64,000 bases of DNA from the human T2T-CHM13v2.0 reference genome, Homo sapiens. The notes below the pieces were generated by a model, which saw only the letters and a list, made by a program, of their open reading frames with translations, was not told where the DNA came from and made no database searches. The position numbers and the translations under genes are program-made. This document shows positions 27,492 through 41,174 of the stretch, one piece after another. The stretch is taken from assembly GCF_009914755.1 (NCBI RefSeq), contig NC_060939.1; one strand, given 5' to 3'. Numbering within the stretch: position 1 is the first letter of the stretch; each line of letters starts with the position of its first letter.

Positions 27492-30084
27492 ACAGGTGAA
27501 TATTTCTAGAATGTATCTACTCCATCAGCTAGTGTAAGTATTCTAAACTGTGCTAGTATAGCTGCTTTAAATCACTGCTTTCTTCTGCAAATGGTGGCAC
27601 CTTTAAAGTGTTATCTTGAAGGGGAAGTGAGTGATTTGCTCATGTCTCTACTGAACTAACACTGTTAACACCCAGTCCAGTTCTACCTTAAACAAGTCGG
27701 AGAAATACAGACATAATCCATACTTGTTATTTGTCAAGACTAAGGTAAAATAAGGAAAGTTGGAACTCACTCATATCCTCTTATGACTGATGTACTGAAA
27801 ACAATCCATCTCTCACCATTTCCTAAATAGCATAGTCACAAAGAGCTCTACCCTACCAAGTACTCTGCAAGTCCCACTCTCAAAGGAAGACTCACAGGTG
27901 ACTGAGAAGATAAATTTGCTATTGTTTCCATTATCCTTCAGTTCATCTGACACCTTTGAAGAAACGCATTTGGATAAGACTCACAAGTCTCAGGGCCCCT
28001 TCTTTATGAAAGAAATAGCTAAGCCTCCATACTCAGAAGCATCAGACTTTTCAGAATGCTTAAGTCATGTAAAAACGTATCAAAATTATTATCATTACAG
28101 CTACCAGGAAATAGCTACCTACTCCATGTTAGATACTGCAGTTAAGTATCTCACACAGTTTCACTGATTCCTAACAACACTGCAAAGCATGTTACTAACC
28201 CTTAAGGAGTAGGAAGCTGAAGCTCTGAGAGGCTATGCAACTACTCAATGGAAATGTGGGGATCTGAACTCTACCTAGCTCCAAAGGGCGTACTTTTTTC
28301 TAAAATTTCTAATTTTTTTCCAATTTCACAATGGAGGCAGAGTTTTCACTACAATTTTAATAATTTCACCAGCTGGGTGGGGTGGCTCACGCCTGTAATT
28401 CCAGTACTGTGGGAGGCTGAGGTGGGAGGACGGCTTGGGTCCCAGGAAGACAACTGGGCAACAGTGAAGATTCTGACTCTAAAAAAAATAAGAATTTCAC
28501 CAAAAGGGGGGACAGATTTCTAAATCGGAATCTCTTGTTAAAATCCTTAGAGCACTAGTTAAGCCCCACTTCTTTTCAAAAAATAACCGACAGATTAAAA
28601 AAAAGGTTAGAAGTCCTTTTAAAGTAAATTTCATCAGAGATCTGCAAGTGAATTGTCATTTTGGACAAGTCCCCAGAGTTGGTGGCCCTCTCCTGTGTAC
28701 ACCAGCTACCACTAGGCAGTAAAAGTAATTTACCCAATTCAAACACATACCGTGCCTGCACTATGTTAAGACCACTGGCAAAGAGGGTACAAAGTTAAAT
28801 AAGGTCTATCACAGCCCTCAAGGAGTTAAAGGACTAGAGGAGGAGTCCATTTATAGTATAGTATGTGTGCAGTTACCATTTAGTCAAGGCAAACGAACTG
28901 TGAGAAATCCTACAACAATAGTACCTACAGTATAACATGCCATCACCGCCCACAGAAGGAAAGCAACTGGTGCCCTCGTCACGTTATGTTGTTAGTACTT
29001 GCTTACATGATGTCCCTCCCTGACAATCCCTTCCAACCTCTGTCAGCCTCCTTCCCCACAATCACACACACACACAAAACCACACTGCCAGGAAGGGAAG
29101 CCATTGAGTGAGTATTGTGAATCCTACAAGTGGCTCTGTAGTTTAAAAGGGCAATGCCTGTGCCTGAAGAAAATTTGTCTTTAGCTTCATCAGGTGAAGA
29201 AAATTGGTTTTATAACACAAGGCCCACCAAACCAGAAAAGCCCAGGAACGCTTCTCCACAGGACTCACTTAGCACGAGAAATCACTCAGAGCAAACTGAC
29301 GCACACAGTATTTGTCAAATTTTTCTTTTTCATTTAGCAGAAGGTAAGGTAAAGGACTACAACTGAAGTTAATAAATGACACTCTAGCCATTTGGATCAT
29401 TTGTCACTATAAATGATAGACATTTAAGCTAGTTCCATCTGGGGAAGTGAAACAGAATCATGTTCATATAATAAGCCAGACGAACCAAATTCAGTGGAAT
29501 ACGTGCACCCAAAACTGGACCAGACTTGTACTTAATGCAGCCTGCAAATCCCCAAGAGTCCACGACAGAATACAAGAACAGTAACACTGGTTTATCTCAA
29601 CTCATCTTAGCTCCCTCACAAACTTGCCAATAATGACCTTTCAAGAACTGCACCGTTGGTCCTCATCTGGGCAATCCCGTGGCTTAGAAAAACTGAATAA
29701 AGTGCTTCTTCGAAAAATAAAACAATGCGGGGAGGGGGGAGTAGTAACAAAAAAAAAGGCACACTGGTTTTTACTGTACTGAAGCAATAAATTCTCCAAC
29801 TAACTTCATTAATGAGTATCAGCAAAGAATGAACACCAAAATACCGCTCAATCCAACTTTCATCGTGAATTCTTGAATTCACAGTAGGATCATTAAATGT
29901 GACGGTATCACTCTGCTATAAAAACTATTTCCAAAACAAAACAAACCTATCTACCCCCTTTCTTGATTTAAAAAAAAAAAAAAAGAAGAAAAATTTGAGG
30001 GTTTTTGATTTTTTCAACTTCACATACCGGTTTGCCTTTGCAAAAAAAAAAAAAATTGTTTAGTCTCAAAGTATAGCTGCAAGG

Positions 30085-31110
30085 TGGACCGGCTGCACGG
30101 GTCCCAGAGGGCCGCTCGCCTCCGACGGTCGCAGTTTCAGCCGGGCCGCGCCCGCGAGAAACAGCGGAGAGGCCCCAGCAGACGGGCGCCGCCGGACAGG
30201 TTTACCGTCCGCGTCGGCCCCGGGGAACCGCTCCCTCGCGCCCGCAGCACTTGTTCGCGGCGCGGACTCCACACCGCGGCCGCCCGCCCCAGGGGAGGAG
30301 TGAGTCCGCCCCAGCGGCGCCAACCCGGGGACCCGGGGCAAGGGTTCGGGGCCATCCGCGGCCGGGCGCGCCCCCCATCCGGAAAGCGGCGACGGCCCCC
30401 AAGTTGGGCTGCGGAGTGGGAGGCGCGCCGAGCCCCAAGCAGACAATGCGGGAGAAGGGTGATGCGCAGGGAGGAGGGGTCCGCAAAGCTGAGGTCCCCG
30501 CGCCGCCCGGCTACCCATCCGTGCCGCCCGCCCCTGAAGCCCCGCGCAGCCCCCGACCCTCCTCTGGGGCCCGCCCCACCGAGCGGCCGCAGGGGACGGG
30601 CCGCGCTCCGCACCCCGACCCCTCCTCAAATCACAAAACTTCCCCCAACTCCGCCAACTAAGTTGCGCTCTCACCGTGCGGCTCCCGGGGCTCCCCCGCG
30701 GGCCGAGCCGAGACAGCTCCTCACCTTCGCCGCGGAGAAAGACAATAGGCTGCCTCTCCCCCGGCGGCGGCAGCAGCGGCTGCGGCTAAAGCGGCGGCAA
30801 CCGAGGCGAGCAGTGGGCACGGCGGTCTCGGCCGAGCCGAGGGCCTTCACCGCTGCTGCTCCGGCTCCGCGACAGCTCTGCACGTAGCCCCAGCCACCCC
30901 GCGCACCGGCTACAAGCCGCCCGGGGGTGGCCGGGGCACGCAAGAGGGCAGTAACGTCTGCGAGTCCTCCCGTGAGTACACGCGGAGCAAGGGCTGCGAG
31001 CTGGGATTGCACGGCAGAGCTGCCCATCCCGCTCCACGAGACCAATAGTAAGGCACCTGGGCGGGGCGCTCAGGTTGCTAAGGGAGGCTGAGGTTGACCG
31101 CCGGGGCTGC
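30085..31110. promoter_or_regulatory. CpG island / promoter
   Basis: Dense unmutated CpGs and very high GC; CCAAT box at ~31042 and GC box GGGCGGGG at ~31059. Confidence 0.9.
30725..31030 (-). ncRNA. Putative first exon of a minus-strand chimeric pseudogene transcript (GOLGA2P-type lncRNA; similar first exon recalled for UBE2Q2P-type transcripts)
   Basis: Consensus donor AAG|GTGAGG at 30725 inside the CpG island; ATG at 31027 opens 101 codons up to the donor; faces the golgin exons 24 kb away. Transcript identity is inferred. Confidence 0.55.
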
Positions 31111-32185
31111 TCTGTGGCAAAGTGATCACAGCAGGGTGGCTGGCAGAGACTGCTCTGGGAAATGCCCACTCACGGTCTCCTCTCCGCCCTGTTTCCAGAA
31201 ACTGCCCTTTCTCTGTGTGCTCGTGGTTACCTGAGCTGTAGCATTTAACCACACATCGTGAAATGATTTACTCCTCTATTTCCCCCACTTCAACTCAGGA
31301 AGTGGGGTTTAGTCTTCTGTGTCCACAGCCTAGGACAGTCTAAGGTATTAGGTATTAAATATAGGTATTAAACAAGTGTTGGATGGATGCACGGCGCTAT
31401 GGCGGAATCACAATTGTGACAGTGCATTCCCGTGAACTTTTGGCTACTCTATCACCACAGTCGTTCCGTGTTCAAGCTGCAAAGGACCTCAGAAATCATC
31501 GGATTGCTTTGAGAAACAAAATGTGGTCCGTGTACCAACGGCGGCCGAGGAGAATATATTAGTTGGTACACGGAGAAACTTCTTTTTTCAAATAGTTAAG
31601 TGTTTTAGTGCTCATTAGGAGGGAAATGCCTATCACGTCAAATCATTGTTTCATTAATGTTACTTCTTAGGTCAAATAAAAAGTGGCAAAAAACAAGTGT
31701 ATTTCAAGAAAAGTGTTAAGTGAAACTTGAGACACTTTATATGCAGTTCAAGAATGTAAAATACTAGTTGACAGTGATTGAAGTAAGAACAGTTGGTTAG
31801 GTAGGAGGAGAAGATTATTGGCTGGGAAGGAGGAGGAGGGAACCCTCTGTGGTGCTGATTCTGTATTTTGACCTGGGTGATGGATAACAAAAGTATGTAC
31901 ATCAATAAAAAATACATCCAGTGCACTTTAGATTAGTGCACTTTACACATTTTATTCATGTATTTTTAATGTCAATTTTTTAAAAATCTGGTATGGAATA
32001 TACCCCCACAACCCCCCCCTCCAAAAAAAAATGCAAAGATGCAAATGACTGCCATTTGGGAAACACTGATCCAGGCAGGCTCACTAGCAGTGACCAAACA
32101 CCTGAGAAAGGGTATTGTGAATACCTGATGTATGTGCCAGGAACTTCCATGGTCGAATAGCTCCAAATCTCAGAAATGCTCCTAA

Positions 32186-32545
<360 letters not shown>

Positions 32546-32552
32546 AATGGCT

Positions 32553-32583
<31 letters not shown>

Positions 32584-32692
32584 ATGCCCAGTTCTTCGTG
32601 TGAAATTATTTCTGTATCACCTCATCATGCTGCTCACCCTCTTCCACTGTTCTCTAATCTGTCCTTGTTGATATTTAAAAGCTGGCACAAGG

Positions 32693-32915
32693 CTGGGCGC
32701 AGTGGCTCACACCTGTAATCCCAGCACTTTGGGAGGCTGAGGAGGGTAGATCACTAGAGCCCAGGAGTTCGAGACCAGCCTGGGCTACAGGTGAAACCCC
32801 AGCTGTACTAAAAGATACAAAAATTAGCCAAACGTGGTAGCCCAAATCCCAGCTACTTGGGAGACCGATGTAGAAGGATCGCTTGAGCCCAGGAGGAGAG
32901 GTTGCATGAGCCAAA
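32693..32915 (+). mobile_element. AluJ-like element, 3'-truncated
   Basis: GGCTGGGCGCAGTGGCTCACACCTGTAATCCC...GCTTGAGCCCAGGAG. Confidence 0.8.
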
Positions 32916-33807
32916 TCAGCAGGGCAGCTGCAGAGTGGGGTGCAAGGTCCTCAACCCAGAGGTTCCCTAGGCCCCACTTGCCCCAGCTCATGAGAGCCTG
33001 GTTCTGAGCTCTGCCAGGACCGGGGCTCAGCACTGCCCATGAAAACAGGCGTGGCAGGGAAGAAAATCATAACCAAATATTTGTAGTCACCTCTCTCCTC
33101 CCTTCTGGAAAGGGAGGTTCCCAGGTTTGTGGGCTCTTTGCCTCCTGGACATTATTGTGTAGTGAAGGGAGAAAGGTTGAGATGCAGAGTTGGAGAAACT
33201 AAGAGAGGCCAAACTGGTCCATTTGAGGAAAGATGACTGATCCCAGAAGGGGAGGAGGGGACACCCTGGGGAAGCAGGGGGCTTCCCAGGTGGTCCAAGA
33301 AGGGGAGGGCAGGATATAGAAAGTCAGAGCATGGTTTTGAGTTTTGGAGACAACAAGAGAAAAGAGGGAGGGATTTGGACAACTATGGAGAGGACTGGGC
33401 TGTGGAGAGAAATGTTTAGAGATTTGGAAGATGGTGTGTCATGCGATGTACTGTGAAAACCCCTTCTTCATATCCCTAAAAGACCACCGCTGATGGTGAT
33501 TCATGGTACAATTGATGATTGTATCATGATATAATTCAGTGCTTTTGCAGAGGGATTGGTGCCTTTTTAAAATAATAATGATGCTTTGGCTTGGCTCCAT
33601 CTGAATTAGTAGAGACAGACATCTTGAGCAGGTTTTATCAGAGTTCCATTAGCTAAATATTGGGTTTCCTATTTTGTGGCTTGCTTTAAACCGCTTTGTA
33701 GGCCCTTCTGCACTGAAAGCCACTACAGAAATCACCTCTTTGGTCTGCAGCTCCATGTCCCCAAGCTCTGGGCTTTCCTGAATGAGTGGCCTCATTCAGA
33801 AGATAAT

Positions 33808-33985
33808 ACAGCATCCCTCATCCGAAAATCCAAAATCTGAAATGCTTCAAAATCCAAAACTGTTTGAGTGCCGACATGATGTTCGAAGGCCAGATTCAAA
33901 GGAAATGCTCATTGGAGCATTTTGGATTTCAGATTTTCGAATTCCAAAATCTGAAAAAAATCCAAAATCTGAAATACTTCTGTAA
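33808..33985. mobile_element. Tigger4/MER46-like DNA transposon fragment
   Basis: CAGCATCCCTCATCCGAAAATCCAAAATCTGAAATGCT with internal inverted GCATTTTGGATTTCAGATTTT. Confidence 0.6.
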
Positions 33986-35149
33986 TTTAACCTGTAATAG
34001 ACATTGGGTCCTGACCTTCCAGCTGAGGCAGCAAGCAGTCAACAGAGGCTCACCATGCATCCCTCCTGCTCCTCACCCTCCCACTGGCTTGTGCCTCACC
34101 CCCCAGCCTCCCTTGCACCTGCTGGGAAGGGGACAGGATGCTCCTGCCCTGCCTTCTTGGATCTCAGGCTACTGTGATAATTGCAGGATTCCAGCCAGGG
34201 AAAATGCTACAGGTAGAAGTACTTGGTACTCTCCATAGAGAAGTTTCCAGCAATGGCACAGCAGCCCCGGGAAGTGTGCTGCCACACCCAGCTAATTTTA
34301 AAAACTTTCTGTAGAGGTGTGAATTCACTATGCTGCCAAGGCTGGTCTTGAATTCCTGGCTTCAAGTAATCCTCCCACCTTTGCTTGCCAAAGTGCTGGG
34401 ATTACGGCATGAACTAGAGCTCCCAGCCGAGAGTTTAGTTTTGTTTGCTAGTGGTGTTCTTGGTATCTTTTCATATTTGAGGCTTTGGTGCTAGTGCTGA
34501 AGTATTACACTCACCATCCGAGGTTGGCAGGACTTTTGTTTCAGTATTGAACAGATGGAACTGTTTAGTTCTTCATCTTTGCAGGTATACCAAATGTGCC
34601 TACCAGGAGTCTGCTTTATAGCCATTGAAAAGCAAGAAGTAATATAGTAAAATTTTGCCTGGCTAGAGGCTTTGGAAGACAAGTATTTTGGCTTAATTCT
34701 ATTAACTTGGAAGGATGAAGGTGAAAAAAAATTCAAAACTTTAATTTCCTGTTTATTGCCATTTGAAAATATAGCCAATGATTCCACTTTTCTTCTCCAG
34801 TAAGTTTGGACATTCTGATCTACTTGGTGTTTTATTATAGAACTCCTAGTGTGCCTGAGTCTTACATTGTGAAGATCCTTCTCTAAAACTTCACATGTAA
34901 GAGAATATAAATGATATTGGATAAGATCAGGCTGGATGAGAACTGATACCTGTAAATATGCGATTTAGACGAAATCTCTGATTGTTTTCTTATTTAACTC
35001 ATAAAAATAAAACTCATTGGCTGGAAGGTGGGAGCAGGAAGGAGATTTATGTCTTTTAATTGCACGTCATTGTTTCATATAGAGACAGAACATATAGTAT
35101 CCCTGGTTTTGGACCTACAGAAGGAAACACATTTTTCTACCTGCTGTAT

Positions 35150-35320
35150 GCCAGAGGTTCTTGAACACCTGGAGGGATTACTGCAGCACAGATTGCTGAG
35201 CCCTACTCCAGAGTTTCTGATTCATCAGGTCCAGGGTGGGGCCTGAGAATGTGTATTTATAAGAAGTTCCCAGGTGCTGCTGGAGCTGCTAGTCCAGAGA
35301 CTACATTTTTGAGAACTGCT
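35150..35320. mobile_element. MER5A (hAT-Charlie) element
   Basis: CAGATTGCTGAGCCC..CCAGAGTTTCTGATTCA..GGGTGGGGCCTGAGAAT..TTTGAGAACTGCT. Confidence 0.7.
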
Positions 35321-35626
35321 CTCATATACTAACTGTAAGTTGCAGAGCTCTAGAAAAAAAGCTTAGTTTGGTGTGGGATAAGAAGCACACAGGTTATGGA
35401 GAAAATCATGAAAGATTCAACCCTTGATCCCAGCCTAGTGTGGATTTCAGGTAACAAGCAATACACAGTGACATAACAAATTCTTGGTTTTCATGACTGC
35501 AAGTGATAGCCAAGTATCAAGTGAGAAATTCAGTTTCATTTGCAAGGCTTAGAGAGTCCAGGTGATTCTAGAAAAATGGGCCTTGTATTTCTCTTAAACC
35601 AGTAAAGAGCTTTAAGTGGTTATTAA

Positions 35627-36031
<405 letters not shown>

Positions 36032-36389
36032 TAAGACAAACATTTTTCCAAAAAAGAGAAATTGTTGTGATTATTTTGTCTTATTGGAATGTTGGATACT
36101 ATAGTCGGCTTCATTAATCATCAAGCATGCTATGGATTTTCCATTTTTATAGGATCTATATCTCAGTTAAGGTAATACTGGTAATTCTTGTACTCCATTT
36201 GAAGATGAAAAATATAGGCCAAAATCACAGACTTTGCACAGAAGCTGCATAATGAAGACAGCTCTGGAGGAACACATAGATACACACACACAGACACACA
36301 TATATATAAAGTATATACACATATATTTTTTAAAGTTTATTTTTTACAGTTTTAAAAGTTTTAAAGCAAAACCCAGCCCTTCTCCTCTC

Positions 36390-36660
36390 CCAGAGTGGGC
36401 GGCCCCTCCCCTTTCTCTGAGTGGGCGGGGACAGCGGTTGCATGGGCAGCTTTCCTTATGATGCCACAGGTCCCTCTGGACATGCTGCTGCCTGGCCACG
36501 CCTCCTTTCCCTTTCATCTTTCTCACTGACCAATGGGCTTGGAGCATTAAGGCCACGCCCCTATTCTGCGTTCCATTGGTGCCCTGGTTACGCCACCTGT
36601 GGCTCAGTTGCACAGCTGCCTGGTAGGTGACTGGAGGCATTGAGCAGTGCTCACTGGTAT
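36390..36660 (+). promoter_or_regulatory. GOLGA6L proximal promoter
   Basis: GC boxes (GGGCGG at ~36396 and ~36423; CCACGCCC) and CCAAT/ATTGG boxes (~36530, ~36574) directly upstream of exon 1. Confidence 0.55.
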
Positions 36661-39600
36661 TTCGCTGATGTGGCCCCAACCCCGCCTCCCTCCCCACCCC
36701 GCGATGTCAGAAAAAACACAACAGGGGAAATTGGCCGCAGCCAAGAAAAAGGTAAAACACACCAGGTCATGGCCCCCAACCCAGCCACAGATCCCCTCCG
36801 ATGACAAGACCGGTGCCAGAGTCCATACCACTCCTGAGGCATACCAGATGGGGCCCCCCAACCCCAGCCCCTCTGGGCTCCCCCAACCAAAGCCTAGTCA
36901 GTCAGCCCCACCCCTTCAGCAAGCAGCCCAGTCCCTGCCCTTGCCAATCACCCCAGGGTGACTTTGGGCAGGTGACTCCTGGGGCTCCCTGCTCCATAAT
37001 CAGCCCTCACCTCCTGCCACCCCAAGCCCAACCTCCCTGGGCTCTTTGGGCTTGCGTCTCCCAGGACCTGGGTCCCCCAGCCCCAGGCCCTGCCCTCACC
37101 AGTCATCCCTGGGTGGCTTTGGGCTGGTGACTCCCGGGGCTCCCTACTGCAGACTCTGCCCTCCCCTCCTGCTGCCCCAAGCTCGACCTCCCTAGGCTTC
37201 TTGGGCTGGCGTCTCTGAGGACCTGGGTCGAAACCGTGTGTTTCCCTCCCCCATCGTGGAGCAGCGACTCGGGCATCGCGCTGATGTGGTCCCCTCCCCT
37301 GGGAGGAGTGGAATGCAATGATGTCACAGTGCCCCTAGGAACTGTCATTACTGCTGCAAGACCAGCCTTTGATCTTACAACCCAGTCCCCTAAGTTTTCT
37401 CACCCCATTTCTGGTTCCTCTGGTTGCAGCACAAATTTCCAGCTGGAAGGGGAGTGGAGACTATGGGACCTAGGAGCAAGAGGTTTCAGGCTGCCTTACT
37501 CCCTCAACATAGACATTGACAGTGGGAAAAAGCCTACACTTCCCCTGTGAGCTCAAAATGTTCACAGTATCTCTGGGTGGCAATGGGAGAATGGGTTTGG
37601 TTTGGTTTTTTCCCAGGCTTCTACTTTCCAGAGAGACTTTAACATTTTTTTCTGAGTTCTCCACGGTTCTGGGACCAGACTGCCCTTCAGTCAGTGGCCT
37701 CTGAAGTGAGATTTGCTCATCTTCTGTGGAATAGATCTTGGGAAACTGAACTTGACAGCTTGAATCTTCCTCATATCGTCTCAACCTGGGGTACTTTGAG
37801 TGCCACAGGATAAATGTGGGACATCTTTCTGAAGCATCATTTTCCCTTGATTCTCTTGAGAAAATGCATTAATGTACTTAGGGATGACAGACACATAGGT
37901 TTCCAAGCGTATACCAGACTTCGCTCTGAAATGAGGCTTGGGTTGTCCTCTTTCTGATAAATTCCCAGATTTAATAGAAAAGCTGCCTTCTGCCATGAGG
38001 ACACATTGATATGAAAGTGTGAGAGGTACTGGTACGCTTCTTCACGCTAGCAGACCTGTGAGGATGTATGACTCTAAACCACACGGCCTACAGTTCCTGC
38101 CTGCTTAATGTGTGCTTTTCTACCTCTGCCCCTGGTTTTGGTCCCTGGAAGCTGCTGATTCATGGCAAAACCCCAGAGCTTGGAGTCAGAGGACTGAGTT
38201 TAAGTTCCAGTATTGCCTTTTTTGATCTTTCTTTTTTTTTTTCTATCCATGATATCAATCCCTCTCAGTCACTAAGTGATTGTGACAACACCTTGTACAG
38301 TTGTTGGTGGCATTACATCAGATGGTATATAAGGGTATTTTGTCAAAACTGTAAAGGAGGATGTGGCTGTAGGGGCTGATCATTCTCATGAGTGTTACCG
38401 CTCTTCTTTCCCACAGTTAAAAGCATATTGGCAGAGGAAGAGCCCTGGCATTCCAGCAGGAGCTAACAGGAAAAAGAAAATCAATGGCAGTAGCCCTGAC
38501 ACAGCCACTTCTGGTGGTTACCACTCACCTGGGGATGTGAGTCTCGGCGGGCCAGGGTCCTGGCGACAGGGGGCCCAAGGGGCAGTAGAGGGTAATTGTT
38601 AAGATTGTAGATGGACTGTTGGGTACTGGTTAAGAATTCTGGATTTGAATCCTGCCTCTCCATCTGCTAAGAATTGATTAGGGATTGATTAGCATATGAT
38701 TTAGGGCAAGTTGCTTGAGGTCTTTGGGCCTCTCTTTTCACATCTGTATAATAGAGGTGGTATTTTTTGACTTCCATTTGTGAAGTTTAAATGAGATTCG
38801 TTATTGTTGCTTTTATGTGAATCCTTAGTACATGGCCTGCTGCAAACACCCAGGACACCGAGGAAATGGTCGTTGCTGTTTGATTTTCCTCATCCCCAGT
38901 CTCAAGGGGAAGCCAGGCCAATGAGAAGAGCCACTTGCCATCAGGCTGTCCCTTTAGGAGTCACTGAAAGGGCCCCAGGGTGGGATGGTGGGGAGATAAG
39001 AACCACGAGAGAAGTTGGCACAAAGGAGTTATGGGAAAAAGGGTCCAAGATAGGCAGAAAAGAAGCTTTTGCCAGTTGATGGGGGAAGAAAGGAAGTCAG
39101 AGGGCTTAGACAGTGAGGGGGGACAGAACATCTCCATGTGCACTCTCATCTCTTGCAGTCAGCAACAGGTATCTACGGGGAGGGCCGTGCATCCTCTACT
39201 ACCCTGGAGGATCTGGAGGTAAGAGGCCCTGGGCTGAGGTGCAGTGACCCTGCAGGCCAGCCCTCCAACCTCCTCCCACAGCAGGGGCTTGTTGCCCCTC
39301 TGCCAGCTGAGGCAGCCCACACACCCCCACCAGCCCTAATGATTATTCTCTCTACCCCTCCCCACAATCTTCCTCCAACTCCTTCTCTCTGCATGCACCT
39401 CAGAGCCAGTACCAAGAACTAGCAGTGGCCCTGGATTCAAGCTCCGCAATAATCAGTCAACTCACTGAAAACATCAATTCACTGGTAAGAGTCCAGTGGG
39501 GTCCCCTGATTACAGCTGGTCAATCCTGGACTCCAGTTTCCTCTTGGGGCCCTGAAGAAAGGGGCTAGGGGCCCCTGATGCCAAGGGCAAATGGGGAGCT

Positions 39601-40775
39601 GGGCACCCAGGTCTCACCTGGAGGGACCCCAGAGCACAGAACATGCAGCATGGCTCTTCTGCACTGCCCTCTTTGCTGACTCTCTCTTCTCCAGACACCC
39701 CTGCTCTAGTCCTTGCCACACATGCCCTGGGGTTGTCACCTCTCTGGGAAGCACTAGCCTGACTGGTTGTCAGGGGTCCATATTTCTGCCCTGCCTCAGT
39801 CCCTAATTTGCTTTTTGAGTCTGGAGAAGCCATCTCTCCTCTTTATGCTCGTGTTTCTGGAGGAGGTAGAGAGTATCAAAGGTCTCGGTTAGCTCTGAAA
39901 GTCAGAGATTTAAAGGCCCCTAGAATGGAAACCTCAGGGCCAAGGGCTCCTGTCTGTCCTTTGCTGTTTTATATCTCTGCTATGAAGAACTGTACCTGGC
40001 CTGTACATGCTCAGTAAATGTTTGTTGAATGAATGCACGTTTCTAAATCACAAACTGGCAGAAGGGGGGTGGGCCCTTCTCAAACTCTGTCTCTAGAGGT
40101 TCACCAGCCCCTCCCTCCAGGGCCCTTTTCCCCCTTTGCTTTGGGCAGGTTCGCACATCTAAGGAGGAGAAGAAGCATGAGATACATCTGGTACAGAAGC
40201 TTGGGAGGAGCTTGTTCAAACTCAAAAACCAGACGGGTAAGATGGGGCTGGCATGACCTGGCAGCTGGACTGGCATTAGAGGGCTGTGGGGGTGACTTAG
40301 AATGCCCCAGGGAGGTGGGTGGATGGAAGGACTTTGAGGCAGAGGGAAAGAGGTCTGTGCCAGGGGAGGACAAGTCTTGTCATCTCCATGAGCCTCAGTG
40401 TCCCCATCAGTAAAGAGGGAGGAGTGCCCATTGTCAGCCACCCACAGTGCTCTCTATCTGAAAGTGACTTGGAAGACTGGCTACCATCCAGGTGTGAGGA
40501 GTCATTAGCAGTGAGGCCAAGTTTGGGAAGCCTGAGAGGAGGAGCTGTGCACCGAAGGGAGGATTTTTTTTTTTTTTTTTTGAGAATCCAGAGGCCCTTA
40601 TTGTCTGCTTCCTTTCTCAGCTGAACCCCTGGCCCCAGAGCCCCCAGCAGGGCCATCTAAGGTAGAGCAGCTACAAGATGAGACCAACCACCTAAGGAAG
40701 GAGCTAGAGAGTGTGGGAAGACAGCTCCAGGCTGAGGTGGAAAACAATCAGATGTTGAGTCTCCTGAACAGGAGA

Positions 40776-41174
40776 CAGGAGGAGAGGCTACGTGAACAGG
40801 AGGAGAGGCTACGTGAACAGGAGGAGAGGCTACGTGAACAGGAGGAGAGGCTGTGTGAACAGGAGGAGAGGCTACGTGAACAGGAGGAGAGGCTACGTGA
40901 ACAGGAGGAGAGGCTGTGTGAACAGGAGGAGAGGCTACGTGAACATGAGGAGAGGCTGTGTGAACAGGAGGAGAGGCTGTGTGAACAGGAGGAGAGGCTA
41001 CGTGAACAGGAGGAGAGGCTACATGAACAGGAGGAGAGGCTGTGTGAACAGGAGGAGAGGCTACGTGAACAGGAGGAGAGGCTGTGTGAACAGGAGGAGA
41101 GGCTACGTGAACAGGAGGAGAGGCTGTGTGAACAGGAGGAGAGGCTACGTGAACAGGAGGAGAGGCTGTGTGAA
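40776..41174 (+). repeat. Coding 21-bp VNTR, 19 units of CAGGAGGAGAGGCT(AC/GT)GTGAA encoding QEERL(R/C/H)E heptads
   Basis: Counted directly from the sequence and translation; followed by a 78-bp tandem duplication (41196-41351). Confidence 0.95.

Noticed and set aside
30066-30887. Overlapping 200-270-aa ORFs on both strands
   Set aside because: Expected from stop-codon scarcity in a CpG island.
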